This document shows positions 20,628 to 33,408 of a stretch of DNA of 64,000 bases, piece after piece. Position 1 is the first letter of the stretch; each line of letters begins with the position of its first letter. Source of the DNA: a bacterium (GTDB taxonomy: Bacteria; RBG-13-61-14; DATKZS01); the NCBI GenBank assembly GCA_963674965.2, contig CAXXFL010000001.1, forward strand, positions 544,001-608,000, given 5' to 3'. The position numbers were made by a program, and so were the translations under genes. The notes beneath the pieces were generated by a model. That model made no database searches, was not told the DNA's origin, and saw only the letters and a list, made by a program, of their open reading frames with translations.

Positions 20628-20778
20628 CCAGCGTCTTTTATCGGCGATAAATCCGTTATAAAATATAAATTTATGCCCGGCCGCGAAAAGGCGGGGCCGG
20701 GGCCTTTAACAAAAAACGAGACGTTGGCCGCCTCGAGGGGATCGGCCTCGCCTTGAAATTCATTTATGGAAGCGTCAG

Positions 20779-23598
20779 ATGAAACTAGATGAAATCAGGA
20801 AAAAATTCCTGGATTATTTCGCCGGCCAGGGCCATGAGGTCGTGTCCAGTTCCTCCCTGATTCCGCAGGGAGACCCCACCTTGCTCTTCACCAACGCGGG
20901 CATGAACCAGTTCAAGGACGTGTTCCTGGGCGCCGAAAAAAGGAGCTACGTCAGGGCCGCGACCTCCCAGAAGTGCTTCCGGGCCTCGGGCAAGCATAAC
21001 GACCTCGAGAACGTGGGCCGGACCGCCCGTCACCATACCTTCTTCGAGATGCTTGGCAACTTCAGCTTCGGGGACTACTTCAAGGAGGACGCCATCCGAT
21101 ACGCCTGGGAGCTGTTAACCGTCGAGTTCGCGCTTCCCAAGGACAGGCTTTGGATCACGGTTTTCCGCGACGACGACGAGGCGGAGGAACTGTGGAAAAA
21201 GGTGGCCGGCGTTCCGGCAAGCCGGGTGGTCCGCATGGGAGAGAAGGACAACTTCTGGTCCATGGGCGACGTGGGTCCCTGCGGGCCCTGCTCCGAAATC
21301 CACATCGACCAGGGACCCGAGGTCGGTTGCGGCCGACCCGACTGCAAGCTGGGATGCGAGTGCGACCGCTACCTCGAGCTTTGGAACCTGGTGTTCATGC
21401 AGTTCGACCGTGACGCCTCGGGGACCATGACGCCCCTTCCCCGCCCCAGCATCGACACGGGCATGGGGGCCGAGAGGATCGCCGCCGTCCTGCAAGGCAA
21501 ACACAACAACTACGACATCGACCATTTCCAGACGATTATCCGGAGGGTCGGAGAGCTGACCGGGACCGAGTACGGACGTGATGAAAAAACCGACGTCTCC
21601 CTGCGGGTTATCGCCGACCATGCCCGGGCCATGTCCTTTTTGATCGCCGACGGCATCCTTCCCTCCAACGAGGGCAGGGGCTACGTCCTGCGCAGGGTCA
21701 TGAGAAGAGCGGGCAGGCACGCGAAGATGCTGGGCAAGGACGAGCCGGCCCTTTTCGGCGTGGCCGAAACGGTGGTCGATCTCATGGGACCGGCCTATCA
21801 TGAGCTTCTGGACAAACGCGCCTTCATAAGCGAGGTGGTGAGAAAGGAGGAGGAAAGGTTCCTCGAGACCCTGGACGCCGGCCTCAAGATACTGCAAGAG
21901 GAGATTTTCAAGAAGACCGCCCGCGGCATGGTGGAGGACAAGGTCCTTCGCATGGCTAAAAAGGCGCGGGCCGAGGAGGAGATCGACGAGGAAACCCGCA
22001 AGATCATGGAGGAGACCGGCACGACCGCCGCGGCCAACGAATCCTATGAGGAGGCCCTCGAGGACATCCAGAAAAGGGCGGCCGAGGGCGCGGCCATCAA
22101 GCAGATGTGGAAGGTCTCGGGAGAGTTGGCCTTCAAGCTCTACGACACCTACGGGTTCCCCCTCGACCTGACCCAGACCATCGCCGCCGAGGAGGGCGGA
22201 GACGTGGACGTCGAGGGCTTCGAGAAGGCCATGGAGGCCCAGCGGGAAAGGGCGCGCGAGCACTGGAAAGGCTCCGGCGAGGAGGTGGTCGAGTCGGTCT
22301 ATAAGGAGATTCTCAACTCGAGCGGCCCGACCGAGTTCCTCGGCTACAAGACCACCCGCGCCTCGGCCAAGGTGGTCGCCCTTATTCAAGACGGAAGCCT
22401 TGTCGATTCCGCGGACAAGGAAGGGGCGGCTTTCCAACTGGTTACCGACCGCACTCCCTTTTACGGCGAGTCCGGCGGCCAGGTGGGGGACCGGGGGACC
22501 ATCACCGCCGGGGGACTCGAGATTGAAGTCACCGACTCTACCCGTCCTGCCTCGAGCCTTTTCGTTCATCACTGCCTGCTTAAAAAAGGCTCGGTCTCGC
22601 TCGGCCAGACCGTTAACCTCGCCGTTGACGAGGAACGCAGACTGGACACGGCCCGGAACCACAGCGCCACGCACCTTCTCCAGCACGCCCTTCGCCGAGT
22701 GGTCGGCGACCACGTGCACCAGAAGGGTTCCCTGGTCACGCCCGACCGCTTCCGGTTCGACCTGACCCACTTCTCCCCCCTTGGCAAGGACGAGCTTGCC
22801 GGCATCGAGATCATGGTCAACGACCTGATCCGTGAGAACCACGAGATCAAGGTCCACAACTTAAACTACAAGGACGCCGTCTCGAGGGGGGCCATCGCGC
22901 TCTTCGGTGAGAAGTACGGAGAAAAGGTCCGCATGATCGAGATGGGCGACTTCTCGCGGGAGCTATGCGGAGGCACTCACGCCTCCCGTACCGGAGACGT
23001 GGGCTCCTTCAAGATACTCTCCGAGTCAGGAGTGGCATCGGGCGTGCGGCGGGTCGAGGCCGTCACCGGAAGGGCCGCGGTCATTCACTTTCAGGAGACG
23101 GAAAAGAACCTTCTCGAGGCGGCCGAGCGACTCAAGGCCAAGCCGGATGAAGTGGCCGACCGGGTCATCAAACTTCAGGAGGAGATAAAAGCCCTCAAGC
23201 GGGACTTCAAGCAAAAACTCGAGAAGAGGCTGATGGAGGGAGAGGGGGACGTCATGTCCCGCGCCGTCGAGGTTGGCGGCGTCAAGGTCATCGCCCACAA
23301 GGTCGAGGTCGAGGACGGCAAGGACCTGCGCGGGCTGGGCGACGAGATCAAGGCCAAGATAGGGAGCGGGGTCGCCGTTATCGGCGCCGAGGCGGGGGGC
23401 AAGGCCCATCTTCTCGCCGTGGTCTCGCCGGACCTGGTAAAAAAGGTCAAGGCCGGCGACCTTGTCAGGGAACTCGCGCCCATCGTGGGCGGCAAGGGCG
23501 GCGGTAGGCCGGACTTCGCCCAGGCCGGCGGACCGGACCCCGAAAAACTGGACGAGGCCCTGGCCAAGGTAATCGACCTGGTTAAACAAAGACTTTAG
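20779..23598 (+). CDS. alaS: alanine--tRNA ligase
   Basis: LLFTNAGM, HHTFFEMLGNFSFGDYFK, IDTGMG, editing motifs NHSATHLL and ELCGGTH, C-terminal GGGRPDFAQAGG. Confidence 0.98.
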   Translation: MKLDEIRKKFLDYFAGQGHEVVSSSSLIPQGDPTLLFTNAGMNQFKDVFLGAEKRSYVRAATSQKCFRASGKHNDLENVGRTARHHTFFEMLGNFSFGDYFKEDAIRYAWELLTVEFALPKDRLWITVFRDDDEAEELWKKVAGVPASRVVRMGEKDNFWSMGDVGPCGPCSEIHIDQGPEVGCGRPDCKLGCECDRYLELWNLVFMQFDRDASGTMTPLPRPSIDTGMGAERIAAVLQGKHNNYDIDHFQTIIRRVGELTGTEYGRDEKTDVSLRVIADHARAMSFLIADGILPSNEGRGYVLRRVMRRAGRHAKMLGKDEPALFGVAETVVDLMGPAYHELLDKRAFISEVVRKEEERFLETLDAGLKILQEEIFKKTARGMVEDKVLRMAKKARAEEEIDEETRKIMEETGTTAAANESYEEALEDIQKRAAEGAAIKQMWKVSGELAFKLYDTYGFPLDLTQTIAAEEGGDVDVEGFEKAMEAQRERAREHWKGSGEEVVESVYKEILNSSGPTEFLGYKTTRASAKVVALIQDGSLVDSADKEGAAFQLVTDRTPFYGESGGQVGDRGTITAGGLEIEVTDSTRPASSLFVHHCLLKKGSVSLGQTVNLAVDEERRLDTARNHSATHLLQHALRRVVGDHVHQKGSLVTPDRFRFDLTHFSPLGKDELAGIEIMVNDLIRENHEIKVHNLNYKDAVSRGAIALFGEKYGEKVRMIEMGDFSRELCGGTHASRTGDVGSFKILSESGVASGVRRVEAVTGRAAVIHFQETEKNLLEAAERLKAKPDEVADRVIKLQEEIKALKRDFKQKLEKRLMEGEGDVMSRAVEVGGVKVIAHKVEVEDGKDLRGLGDEIKAKIGSGVAVIGAEAGGKAHLLAVVSPDLVKKVKAGDLVRELAPIVGGKGGGRPDFAQAGGPDPEKLDEALAKVIDLVKQRL

Positions 23599-23642
23599 CG
23601 GCAAAGGCTCATCCCTGAAGCCGCTGGAAAGGAAGGTTTGAA

Positions 23643-24071
23643 ATGGAAAATATGAACGATCCCGGACCAGAAGAACAAGCGCCCATGGGAGGAAATCCTC
23701 CAGCGAGTCCGCCCGCGGCGGGAGGCGGACTTTCACAAGAAAACGAGCGGCTCCTGGCGCTGATTATGCACCTATCCATGATAGCGGGGTTCTTCGTCCC
23801 CTTTACCAATATCATCATTCCGCTCGTCATCTGGCTGCTTAAAAAAGACGAGAGCCAGTACATCGACGTTCACGGCAAGGAAGTGGTTAACTTCCAGATC
23901 AGCCTGCTGATTTACCTTATGATCTCGGGAGTGCTTACCATCGTGCTGATAGGTATCATCGGCCTTGTCGGGTTCAGCATTTTCGGCTTGATCGTGGCCA
24001 TCATGGGCGGCATTAAGGCCTATAACGGGGAATACTACCAGTATCCTCTTTGCATCAGGTTGATTAAATAA
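23643..24071 (+). CDS. DUF4870/Tic20-like membrane protein
   Basis: HLS...PLVIWL..KD...HGKEVVNFQIS and YQYP motifs; about 3 TM segments. Confidence 0.85.
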   Translation: MENMNDPGPEEQAPMGGNPPASPPAAGGGLSQENERLLALIMHLSMIAGFFVPFTNIIIPLVIWLLKKDESQYIDVHGKEVVNFQISLLIYLMISGVLTIVLIGIIGLVGFSIFGLIVAIMGGIKAYNGEYYQYPLCIRLIK

Positions 24072-24094
24072 TCCGGTAATTTTCAGTTCTCATG

Positions 24095-24122
24095 ACGGGG
24101 CCGGAGTTTTCCGGTCCCGTTT
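24095..24122. terminator. hairpin terminator between convergent genes
   Basis: ACGGGGCCGGA-GTTT-TCCGGTCCCGT followed by TT. Confidence 0.55.
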
Positions 24123-24141
24123 ATAATGAATAATAGGCTGA

Positions 24142-25185
24142 CTATGAAATGGCGCGACGAATTCCCTTGGTCGCCCTGGCGTAGGCCATCTCTAAAAGAT
24201 ATTCTGACCTGGTGATAAATATATTGTCCTTGTGATGCATGGCGCAGACGGAAAGGCAATCGTTGCACGAGACAAGACCCTCTACGGTATCCCTGTACCT
24301 CGGGTCGCTTACCAGGTCCTCCAGTTTGCCCTGGGCCAGGTTCCCGAACCACTCGTAATCCCTGTCAAACCATTTGCCGCAACTCTGTACCCTGCCGTCC
24401 CACTCGAGAGAGATAACGAATAGGGGCGAATTACATCTGAAAGGTTTTCCTTCCCTGAAAATATTCAAGGAACTAAAGGAGTTCGCCACGGGAAAACCCC
24501 TCAGTTTAAGGCTCGCTATTTCGTCTATCGACGCTTTATATTCAGCGTCTCGCTCCGGGACAAGGTCTTCGTTGTAACCCTTTACCAGCCAACTGGGTAT
24601 AAACTCGACCCAGACGTCCAAGTCGTCGGCCAGCCTTATTACCTTCTCGACGCCGCCCATAGTCGCCTTGTTAAGCTGAGACCACAAAACCACGTCCAGC
24701 TTTTTTTTCTTCTTTCTTATGGACTCGATACCTTTCATGGCCCTGTCAAAGGCGCCGGGGAAACCTTTGAGCTTGTCATGGTCCTCGCCGACGGCGTCGA
24801 TGGACAACAGGAGCAGGCCCAGGCTGGGGGCTATATCGGGTCCCCTTTCCTCCAATAGGGTCCCATTTGTACAAACGGTCGTATACATATCCAGGCTGGA
24901 GGCCAGCGCCAGGATTTTATCCACTTCCGGATGCATTAGCGGCTCCCCTCCCCATAAGGAGTAGGTCGTTACCCCAAAGGAAGCGGCGTCGTGGAGAATC
25001 GATCGCATGTCCTGGTAATCGAGTTCTCGGGAGGGATCGTAGCCCTCCGCCTTCCACCAGTCGCATATCCGGCATCGGCAGTTACAGCGGAGAGTGATCC
25101 TGTGCAAGATGAAATAGGGCCTGTGCCTTACGTGAGTCATCCGCGCGTTGAGAAAGGCCCTTTTCAATGTGGTGGAAATGTCCAT
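24142..25185 (-). CDS. radical SAM protein with SPASM/twitch-like C-terminus
   Basis: CNCRCRIC (CxxxCxxC), GGEPL, TNG, and C-terminal Cys cluster C...DGRVQSC...CNDCLSVC. Confidence 0.9.
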   Translation of the reverse strand: MDISTTLKRAFLNARMTHVRHRPYFILHRITLRCNCRCRICDWWKAEGYDPSRELDYQDMRSILHDAASFGVTTYSLWGGEPLMHPEVDKILALASSLDMYTTVCTNGTLLEERGPDIAPSLGLLLLSIDAVGEDHDKLKGFPGAFDRAMKGIESIRKKKKKLDVVLWSQLNKATMGGVEKVIRLADDLDVWVEFIPSWLVKGYNEDLVPERDAEYKASIDEIASLKLRGFPVANSFSSLNIFREGKPFRCNSPLFVISLEWDGRVQSCGKWFDRDYEWFGNLAQGKLEDLVSDPRYRDTVEGLVSCNDCLSVCAMHHKDNIFITRSEYLLEMAYARATKGIRRAIS

Positions 25186-25290
25186 GAAATCATTGCCGCG
25201 AGTAACAAAACCTTATTGGGCGTAACCAGAAGTAAAGGCTATCATGGCCTTGGCCGGCGGACAAATCTGTGGACCGTTTCGAGCTGGCGC

Positions 25291-26046
25291 TCAGCGTCCC
25301 GACGTTACCTGGACTATGCAAAGGGACTGGTTCCTGTCCTCGAGGCGGATGGCGTCCTCCAGGGTGGTCCCGCCCGTGTTGATATCGATCGCCTCCTTGG
25401 TCAGGCGAAGGCCGAGGGGAGACTTGCTCGCCATGGTCTTGGCCAGCTTCATGGCCTCGTCCATCAGGACTTCCTTGTCGTATATGGCCTGAACCATGCC
25501 TATACGAAGGGCCTCGTCGGCCGGGAAAAGATCGCCCGTCATCATGTAGCGCGCCGCGTTAGCCGCGCCCACCGCGCGGGGGAAGAGCCAGGACGAGCCC
25601 ATGTCCGCGCCGCCCACGCCGATGTTTATATAAGCGGCCGAGAACTTGGCCTCAGGCGCCGCGTAGCGCACGTCGCTGGCCAGGGCGAAGGAAAAACCCG
25701 CCCCCGCCGCGGGACCGTTTATCGCCGCCACTATCGGCTGGGGGACCTTGCGCATAAGCAGGATAATGTCCGAGTAGCTCCGCTGCCTCTCGTAGGCCAG
25801 CTTGGGCGCGTAGCCGCCCTCCGGCACGTCGGCCATGGTTTCCTTCATGTCCAGGCCCGCGCAAAAACCCCGGCCGGCGCCGGTTATGATCAGCACTCTC
25901 GTATCGAGATCATCGAGCCGCTCGAGGAAGAAATTCCTCAACTCGACGCTCATGGCCTTATTGACCGCGTTCAAGCAATCGGGGCGGCTAAGCGTCAACA
26001 CGCCCACCGGACCCTCGACCTGATAACTTATCGTCTCGTAACCCAT
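25291..26046 (-). CDS. enoyl-CoA hydratase/isomerase (crotonase) family protein
   Basis: LSRPDCLNA, FCAGLD, PIVAAINGPAAGAG; AAGGAGG SD before ATG 26046. Confidence 0.93.
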   Translation of the reverse strand: MGYETISYQVEGPVGVLTLSRPDCLNAVNKAMSVELRNFFLERLDDLDTRVLIITGAGRGFCAGLDMKETMADVPEGGYAPKLAYERQRSYSDIILLMRKVPQPIVAAINGPAAGAGFSFALASDVRYAAPEAKFSAAYINIGVGGADMGSSWLFPRAVGAANAARYMMTGDLFPADEALRIGMVQAIYDKEVLMDEAMKLAKTMASKSPLGLRLTKEAIDINTGGTTLEDAIRLEDRNQSLCIVQVTSGR

Positions 26047-26221
26047 GCTCTCCTCCTTGATAATTTTTTTGACTTTATATAACCGGTTGGAAGGGCCCCG
26101 CCGAGCATAAATCCTTGGGCCGTGAATTATCTTTATCGCCACGCTGTATTATAAAACCGCCAGGTGGTCAATGGGAAGAGTTCTAATAAATGGAGGATAG
26201 GGGAATCGAGAATCGGGTAGT

Positions 26222-26905
26222 TCACCCGTCCACTCTTTCGTATCTTAGCAGGGTGTCGCCGATCTCGATGAGGGAGTCGCTTCTGAGCTCGAGTTCGCGC
26301 ACGGGGCTGGAGTTGATGACCACGGGGTTGTCCGGGTCGAGGGACACGAGGAAGGTCACGCCCGTGAAGTACTCGATCCTGGCGTGGCGGGGAAGTATCT
26401 TGGGGTCGTAGATTTTAAAGTCGATGTCTTCCGATTCCTTGCCCGCGAAACCGATGATGAACTCCTGGGGGACCAAAAGCCAGGCGTCGGTGCCGCTGGC
26501 CAGGCGGACGGAGCTGATTTCCTCGTTGCGGTGGACGATGCGGACCTCGTAGGTTTTCGAGCGGCCCATCACGATGACGTCGCCCGTCTCGACGATGATC
26601 TCCTCGGTGACCTGCTCGCCGTTTCGGGTGGTGCCGTTTGTGCTTCCCAAATCGGAGAGCCGGACCGCGTCGGGGTCGATCCTGAGAAGCGCGTGTTTGC
26701 GGGATATCCTGTCGTCGTCCTGGAAGATTTCGCAGGTCTTGTCCCGGCCCACCAGCATCTGGTTGCCGAAGAGGAGGTTGATCTTTTCTCCCTCCACGGC
26801 CCTGCCCATGCGGCGCTCTATCGATATGACGGCCCTGGCCGGCTTGATCGCGCTGGCGGCCGGTCTTCCAGAGCTTACCCTGGTGGTGTTGCCAATGTCA
26901 TCCAT
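26222..26905 (-). CDS. double FHA-domain protein
   Basis: First FHA has GR...SRKH...DLGSTNGT. Second is degenerate (IIGF...PRHARI...IEIGDT). Start overlaps the nuoN stop. Confidence 0.85.
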   Translation of the reverse strand: MDDIGNTTRVSSGRPAASAIKPARAVISIERRMGRAVEGEKINLLFGNQMLVGRDKTCEIFQDDDRISRKHALLRIDPDAVRLSDLGSTNGTTRNGEQVTEEIIVETGDVIVMGRSKTYEVRIVHRNEEISSVRLASGTDAWLLVPQEFIIGFAGKESEDIDFKIYDPKILPRHARIEYFTGVTFLVSLDPDNPVVINSSPVRELELRSDSLIEIGDTLLRYERVDG

Positions 26906-28488
26906 CAGTGAAGGTATCTTGTCCCCGTTTCAAGGGCCCTGATGACCTGGTAGGCCAAGTCGATCGCGACTTGGGGAAACAAGCCGAGAAGGATGACCGC
27001 CGAGGCCATTACAATGTTTGACACCGAAGTGCCTGAAACGAGTTCCTTCTCGGTGACCGGCTTGATTTTCTCGGGCTGCATGTACATGACCACCAGGACT
27101 CGCAAATAGTAATAAGCGCTTACGACCGAGTTTAGCACGCCTATGATCGCGAGTAAATAGAGGTGGTTGGCAATGGCCGACTGGAAGACGTAGAACTTGG
27201 CGGCAAATCCGACCATGGGCGGAATGCCGGCGAGGGACAACATGCAGATGGCCATGATGGCGGCCAGGCCCGGACGCCGAAATCCCAGTCCCGCGAAGCC
27301 CTCGAGGGTCTCGCCGTCCTTTTTCTCCCTGGACACGGAGACGATGACGCCGAAGGCGCCCAGGTTCATGAAGGTATAGGCGAGCAGGTAGAACAGGATC
27401 GAGGAGGACGACATTTGCCGTGCCATCTCGAAGTGGCCGCTGGCCACCTGCTGGGGGTTGTTGTACTGGACCGAGGCCACCAGGGCGGTGAGTCCGACCA
27501 GGAGGTAGCCGGCGTGGGCGATGCTCGAGTAGGCCAGCATGCGCTTTATGTTCTTTTGCGCGATGGCCACGAAGTTGCCCACGCTCATGGTCAGGATGGC
27601 CAGGGCCGTGAGCACCGCGAGCAGGGGGGCGTCGGCGCCCCAGATGGGACCCGAGGCGAGGGTAAGCCGGAGCAGCGCCGCGAAGGCCGCCGCCTTTACG
27701 CCCGTGGCCATGAAGGCCGTTATCGGGGTCGGCGCCCCCTCGTAAACGTCGGGCGTCCACATGTGGAAAGGAACGGCCGCGATCTTGAAGAAAAGGCCTG
27801 TAAACAAAAAGGCCACGCCGAACCACATAACCAGATAGTTCATGGTGTCGGCCTTGTTCACGCCGAACAGGCCCGCGTTGATCTCGCCGTAGCCGAGACC
27901 GCCGGAGATGCCGTACACCAGGGCCATGCCGTAGAGCATGATGGCAGAGGCGAAGGCGCCCAGCAGGAGGTATTTCATCGAGGCCTCGCCGCTCTTCAGG
28001 TTCCGCCGCTCGATGCCCACCAGGATGTAAATCGAGATCGACATGGTCTCGAGGCCGATGAAAAGGATCATAAGGTCGTTGGCCGCCGCCATCATGCACA
28101 TGCCCATTACCGCGATGACGAGAAGGATGTAGTACTCGGGACGGTGGTCCTTGCTCTTGGCGAAGCGGGTCAGGGACGATATGGCCGCGAAGGCCGCCGC
28201 GCCTAAAAAGATGTAATTGAAATAGGCGCTGAAGAAGTCGAAGTTGTATTGCCTGTCAAAGGCCACGGCCGAAAGCGCGTTTCCCGTCTCCGTCCTCAAC
28301 TGGTAAACGTGCATAAGCCACTGGAGGAAAAGCACAATAACCACGCCGGCGAAGACGTAAATCCCCATGGCGCGCGGGCGCTTTTTAAAGGCCGTCATGT
28401 CCAGGACGAGACCGCCCAGCGCTATCAATCCCAGCATCAGGGGAATGGAAATCGCGAACAATTCAATGGATGTTATCTCTACGTTCAT
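26905..28488 (-). CDS. nuoN: NADH-quinone oxidoreductase subunit N
   Basis: [43 protein letters not shown]. Confidence 0.95.
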   Translation of the reverse strand: MNVEITSIELFAISIPLMLGLIALGGLVLDMTAFKKRPRAMGIYVFAGVVIVLFLQWLMHVYQLRTETGNALSAVAFDRQYNFDFFSAYFNYIFLGAAAFAAISSLTRFAKSKDHRPEYYILLVIAVMGMCMMAAANDLMILFIGLETMSISIYILVGIERRNLKSGEASMKYLLLGAFASAIMLYGMALVYGISGGLGYGEINAGLFGVNKADTMNYLVMWFGVAFLFTGLFFKIAAVPFHMWTPDVYEGAPTPITAFMATGVKAAAFAALLRLTLASGPIWGADAPLLAVLTALAILTMSVGNFVAIAQKNIKRMLAYSSIAHAGYLLVGLTALVASVQYNNPQQVASGHFEMARQMSSSSILFYLLAYTFMNLGAFGVIVSVSREKKDGETLEGFAGLGFRRPGLAAIMAICMLSLAGIPPMVGFAAKFYVFQSAIANHLYLLAIIGVLNSVVSAYYYLRVLVVMYMQPEKIKPVTEKELVSGTSVSNIVMASAVILLGLFPQVAIDLAYQVIRALETGTRYLH

Positions 28489-30119
28489 TGGCCATCACGC
28501 TCGTGTTTTTCTTTTTCCACCGGAACGGCCGGGCTTAGCGAGGCCAGGCCCAACTCCCTTTCTTCCGTTATCTTGCGTCCCCGCTCGACCACCGAGATAA
28601 AATTCTCGACCGACTTCTTCGAGCGGGAAAGGAACGTGGACGGGTAAACTCCAAGCCAGACCACGAACACCATGATTATGGTCAGGTATACGACCTCCCT
28701 GGCGTTCAGGTCTTTAAGCTTCTTGTTGGCTTCCTTGGTAACCGGGCCGAACATGACCCGCTGGAACATCCAGAGCAGATAGCAGGCCGCGAATATGACG
28801 CCCGTCGCCGCCAGCACGGCGTATATCTTGGGATGAGCGAAAAGCGGAACGTTTTGACCCGCCTCCGCCGTATATGTTCCCACCAGTATGAGGAACTCCC
28901 CGACGAACCCGTTCAAGCCGGGAAGGCCCACCGAGCTCAGCACCGCCAGCATGAAGAACACGGCGTAAAGGGGAATGACCTTCGAGAGGCCGCCGAACTC
29001 GGAAATCTGACGGGTGTGACGGCGCTCGTAAACCACGCCCACCAAAAGGAACAAGGCCCCCGTGCTGAGACCGTGGTTCACCATCTGAATAAGCGAGCCC
29101 TGCACCCCCGCCTGGGTAAGCGCGAAAAGGCCCAGCATGACGAAGCCCAAATGGCTGACCGAGGAATAGGCCACCAGCTTCTTCACGTCCTCCTGCACCA
29201 TGGCCACCAGGGCGCCGTAAATGATGCCGATGATGGCCAGGATCGAAATAATGGGCACGGCCTCGTAGGCGGCGTAGGGGAAGAGGGGCATGGCGAAGCG
29301 CATGAACCCGTAAGTTCCCATCTTAAGGAGGACCCCCGCCAGGATGACCGATCCCGCGGTGGGGGCCTCGACGTGGGCGTCGGGAAGCCACGTGTGGAAC
29401 GGGAACATGGGGACCTTGATGGCGAAGGCCAGGGCGAAGGCCGCGAAGCACACGAACTGCACCGTGGGCTTGAGCGGGTTGCTCGACAGGTTGTTGGTAA
29501 GCAGGACCAGGTCGAAGGTCGAGTTGCCCGGGGTCATGTAAACCAGGTATATGATGGCCAGGAGCATGAGGACCGAGCCGGCCATGGTAAAAAGGAAAAA
29601 CTTGATGGCCGCGTAAATCCTTCTCTGCCCGCCCCATACTCCAATAAGGAAGTACATGGGGATGAGCATTAACTCCCAGAACACGTAAAAGAGGAAAAGG
29701 TCGATGGCCGTGAAGGCGCCCAGCATTCCCGTCTGCAGGAGAAGCAGGAACACGTGGTATTCCTTGACCTTGTCGGTCACGGCCGACCATGAGGACAGGA
29801 TCACCACCGGTCCCAGCAAAAGGGTCAGCTCGACCAGAAGAAGGCTGATGCCGTCAAGGCCAAGGCTGTATTTGATCCAGACCCCGGCGATGGCGATCCA
29901 CTCGACCGGCGGGTTCTGGAACTGCATTTGCGCGGTGGCCGGATCGAAGGCGAACCAGAGCCAGACGCCCAGGACGAGGCCGAGGAGCATGGTGATGAGG
30001 GCCACCAGACGAATGGCCGTCGCCCGAGCGTTGGGCATGAAAATAATGACCAGCGCCCCCACAATGGGGAGGAGCACCACGTGGGAGAGTATTCCTTCTT
30101 TAAGAGTAAAAATCCACAC
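28485..30119 (-). CDS. nuoM: NADH-quinone oxidoreductase subunit M
   Basis: [38 protein letters not shown]. Confidence 0.96.
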   Translation of the reverse strand: MWIFTLKEGILSHVVLLPIVGALVIIFMPNARATAIRLVALITMLLGLVLGVWLWFAFDPATAQMQFQNPPVEWIAIAGVWIKYSLGLDGISLLLVELTLLLGPVVILSSWSAVTDKVKEYHVFLLLLQTGMLGAFTAIDLFLFYVFWELMLIPMYFLIGVWGGQRRIYAAIKFFLFTMAGSVLMLLAIIYLVYMTPGNSTFDLVLLTNNLSSNPLKPTVQFVCFAAFALAFAIKVPMFPFHTWLPDAHVEAPTAGSVILAGVLLKMGTYGFMRFAMPLFPYAAYEAVPIISILAIIGIIYGALVAMVQEDVKKLVAYSSVSHLGFVMLGLFALTQAGVQGSLIQMVNHGLSTGALFLLVGVVYERRHTRQISEFGGLSKVIPLYAVFFMLAVLSSVGLPGLNGFVGEFLILVGTYTAEAGQNVPLFAHPKIYAVLAATGVIFAACYLLWMFQRVMFGPVTKEANKKLKDLNAREVVYLTIIMVFVVWLGVYPSTFLSRSKKSVENFISVVERGRKITEERELGLASLSPAVPVEKEKHERDGQ

Positions 30120-30130
30120 GGCTTTTATCC

Positions 30131-32146
<2,016 letters not shown>

Positions 32147-32150
32147 GGGC

Positions 32151-32468
32151 TCACCACTTTAAAAGGTCCAGCTCGTCCAGGCTGAGAGTGGCCCGGCTGC
32201 GGTAGATCGAGAGCAATATGGCCAGACCCACGGCCACCTCGCAGGCCGCCACCACCATGGCCATGAAGACGAACACGTGCCCGCTCATGGTGAAGGTGTA
32301 GCGCGCGAAGGAGGCGAAGGCCAGGTTGGCCGAGTTGAGCATGAGCTCGATGCTCATGAACACGGAAAGGGCGTTCCTTCTCGTCAGGACCCCGCCCATG
32401 CCCAGCGCGAATAGAATGGCCGAAAGGGCAAGGAAATGGCCCAGCCCGATGTGCGTAAACTGCGTCAT
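32151..32468 (-). CDS. nuoK: NADH-quinone oxidoreductase subunit K
   Basis: RRN...SIELMLN and AACEVAVGLA. Confidence 0.95.
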   Translation of the reverse strand: MTQFTHIGLGHFLALSAILFALGMGGVLTRRNALSVFMSIELMLNSANLAFASFARYTFTMSGHVFVFMAMVVAACEVAVGLAILLSIYRSRATLSLDELDLLKW

Positions 32469-33406
32469 GAATCCTCTCCGGTCTCCTCGCGCCTGGCCAG
32501 GGCCAGAACGCCCACTATGGCCGCGAGAAGAAGGAAACTGGCGGCCTCGAAGGGAAGAATATAGCGGGTGAAAAGGACCTTGCCCACCGCTCCCGTCGAG
32601 CCGAAACTCTCGATCTGATTAAGCCGTCCCCTTACGAGGGCGGTAAGATACGCGCTCATCACCTTGTCGTCGAACTCCCCCTGGTAATCCACGGGGGCCT
32701 TGACCTCGTCCACGTCCTGGGCCTGGGCCAGGGTTATAAGGGCCGCTTTCCTGAAGTCCTCCATCCTCAGCTTCTGGATGGAGGAAAACTCCTCGGGAAG
32801 CTTGACCCAGTCCATGTTGCGCTCGTCCTCCAATCCCTCGAGGACGTTCTTGGCCACCGCCACCCGGGACGGACCGGCGGAGGACGAGCCGGCGGCGAAC
32901 ATCTCCCTGGCCGCTGGCGAGGGATCGGTAACGACCGAGTCCACCGTGGCGCCGACCGAGATAAGATACGCGGCCAACTCCTCGGCCGTGGCCATGCCCG
33001 GCTTCTGGGAAAGAGAATAAGGATTGGCCGCTCCATCGGCGGACTTGTCCACGTAGCCGCCCATGAAGACGGTCACGCAAAGGAACATGATCCCCAACGC
33101 GGCGCCGCCGCCAAGGGCCTTGCCGATGGTGGCCCTGGCCGCGAGATCGCTCGGGTTGACGTTGATCAACATGACGATCATGAGGAACAGGACGAGGATC
33201 GCGCCCGCGTAAAGGAGTATCTGGATGGCCGCCAGGAAGTGCGCGTTCAAAAGAACGTACGCCACCGCCACGGCGAAAAAGGCGACCACCAGGTAGAGGG
33301 CGTTGATGATCGGGTTCCTGTGCCACACGACCATGAACGCGGAAGCGACCGCAACGGCGGCCGTGCCGTAAAAGGCTATCGCGTATGTGTATTCGCCCCA
33401 GTCCAT
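32465..33406 (-). CDS. nuoJ: NADH-quinone oxidoreductase subunit J with large loop insertion
   Basis: QILLYAGAILVLFL and the final helix YILPFEAASFLLLAAIVG; 313 aa. Confidence 0.92.
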   Translation of the reverse strand: MDWGEYTYAIAFYGTAAVAVASAFMVVWHRNPIINALYLVVAFFAVAVAYVLLNAHFLAAIQILLYAGAILVLFLMIVMLINVNPSDLAARATIGKALGGGAALGIMFLCVTVFMGGYVDKSADGAANPYSLSQKPGMATAEELAAYLISVGATVDSVVTDPSPAAREMFAAGSSSAGPSRVAVAKNVLEGLEDERNMDWVKLPEEFSSIQKLRMEDFRKAALITLAQAQDVDEVKAPVDYQGEFDDKVMSAYLTALVRGRLNQIESFGSTGAVGKVLFTRYILPFEAASFLLLAAIVGVLALARREETGEDS

Positions 33407-33408
33407 GA

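Noticed and set aside
21907-22110. Intein in AlaS (or in the NuoH/NuoJ inserts)
   Set aside because: No Cys/Ser start with His-Asn end, and no LAGLIDADG motifs.
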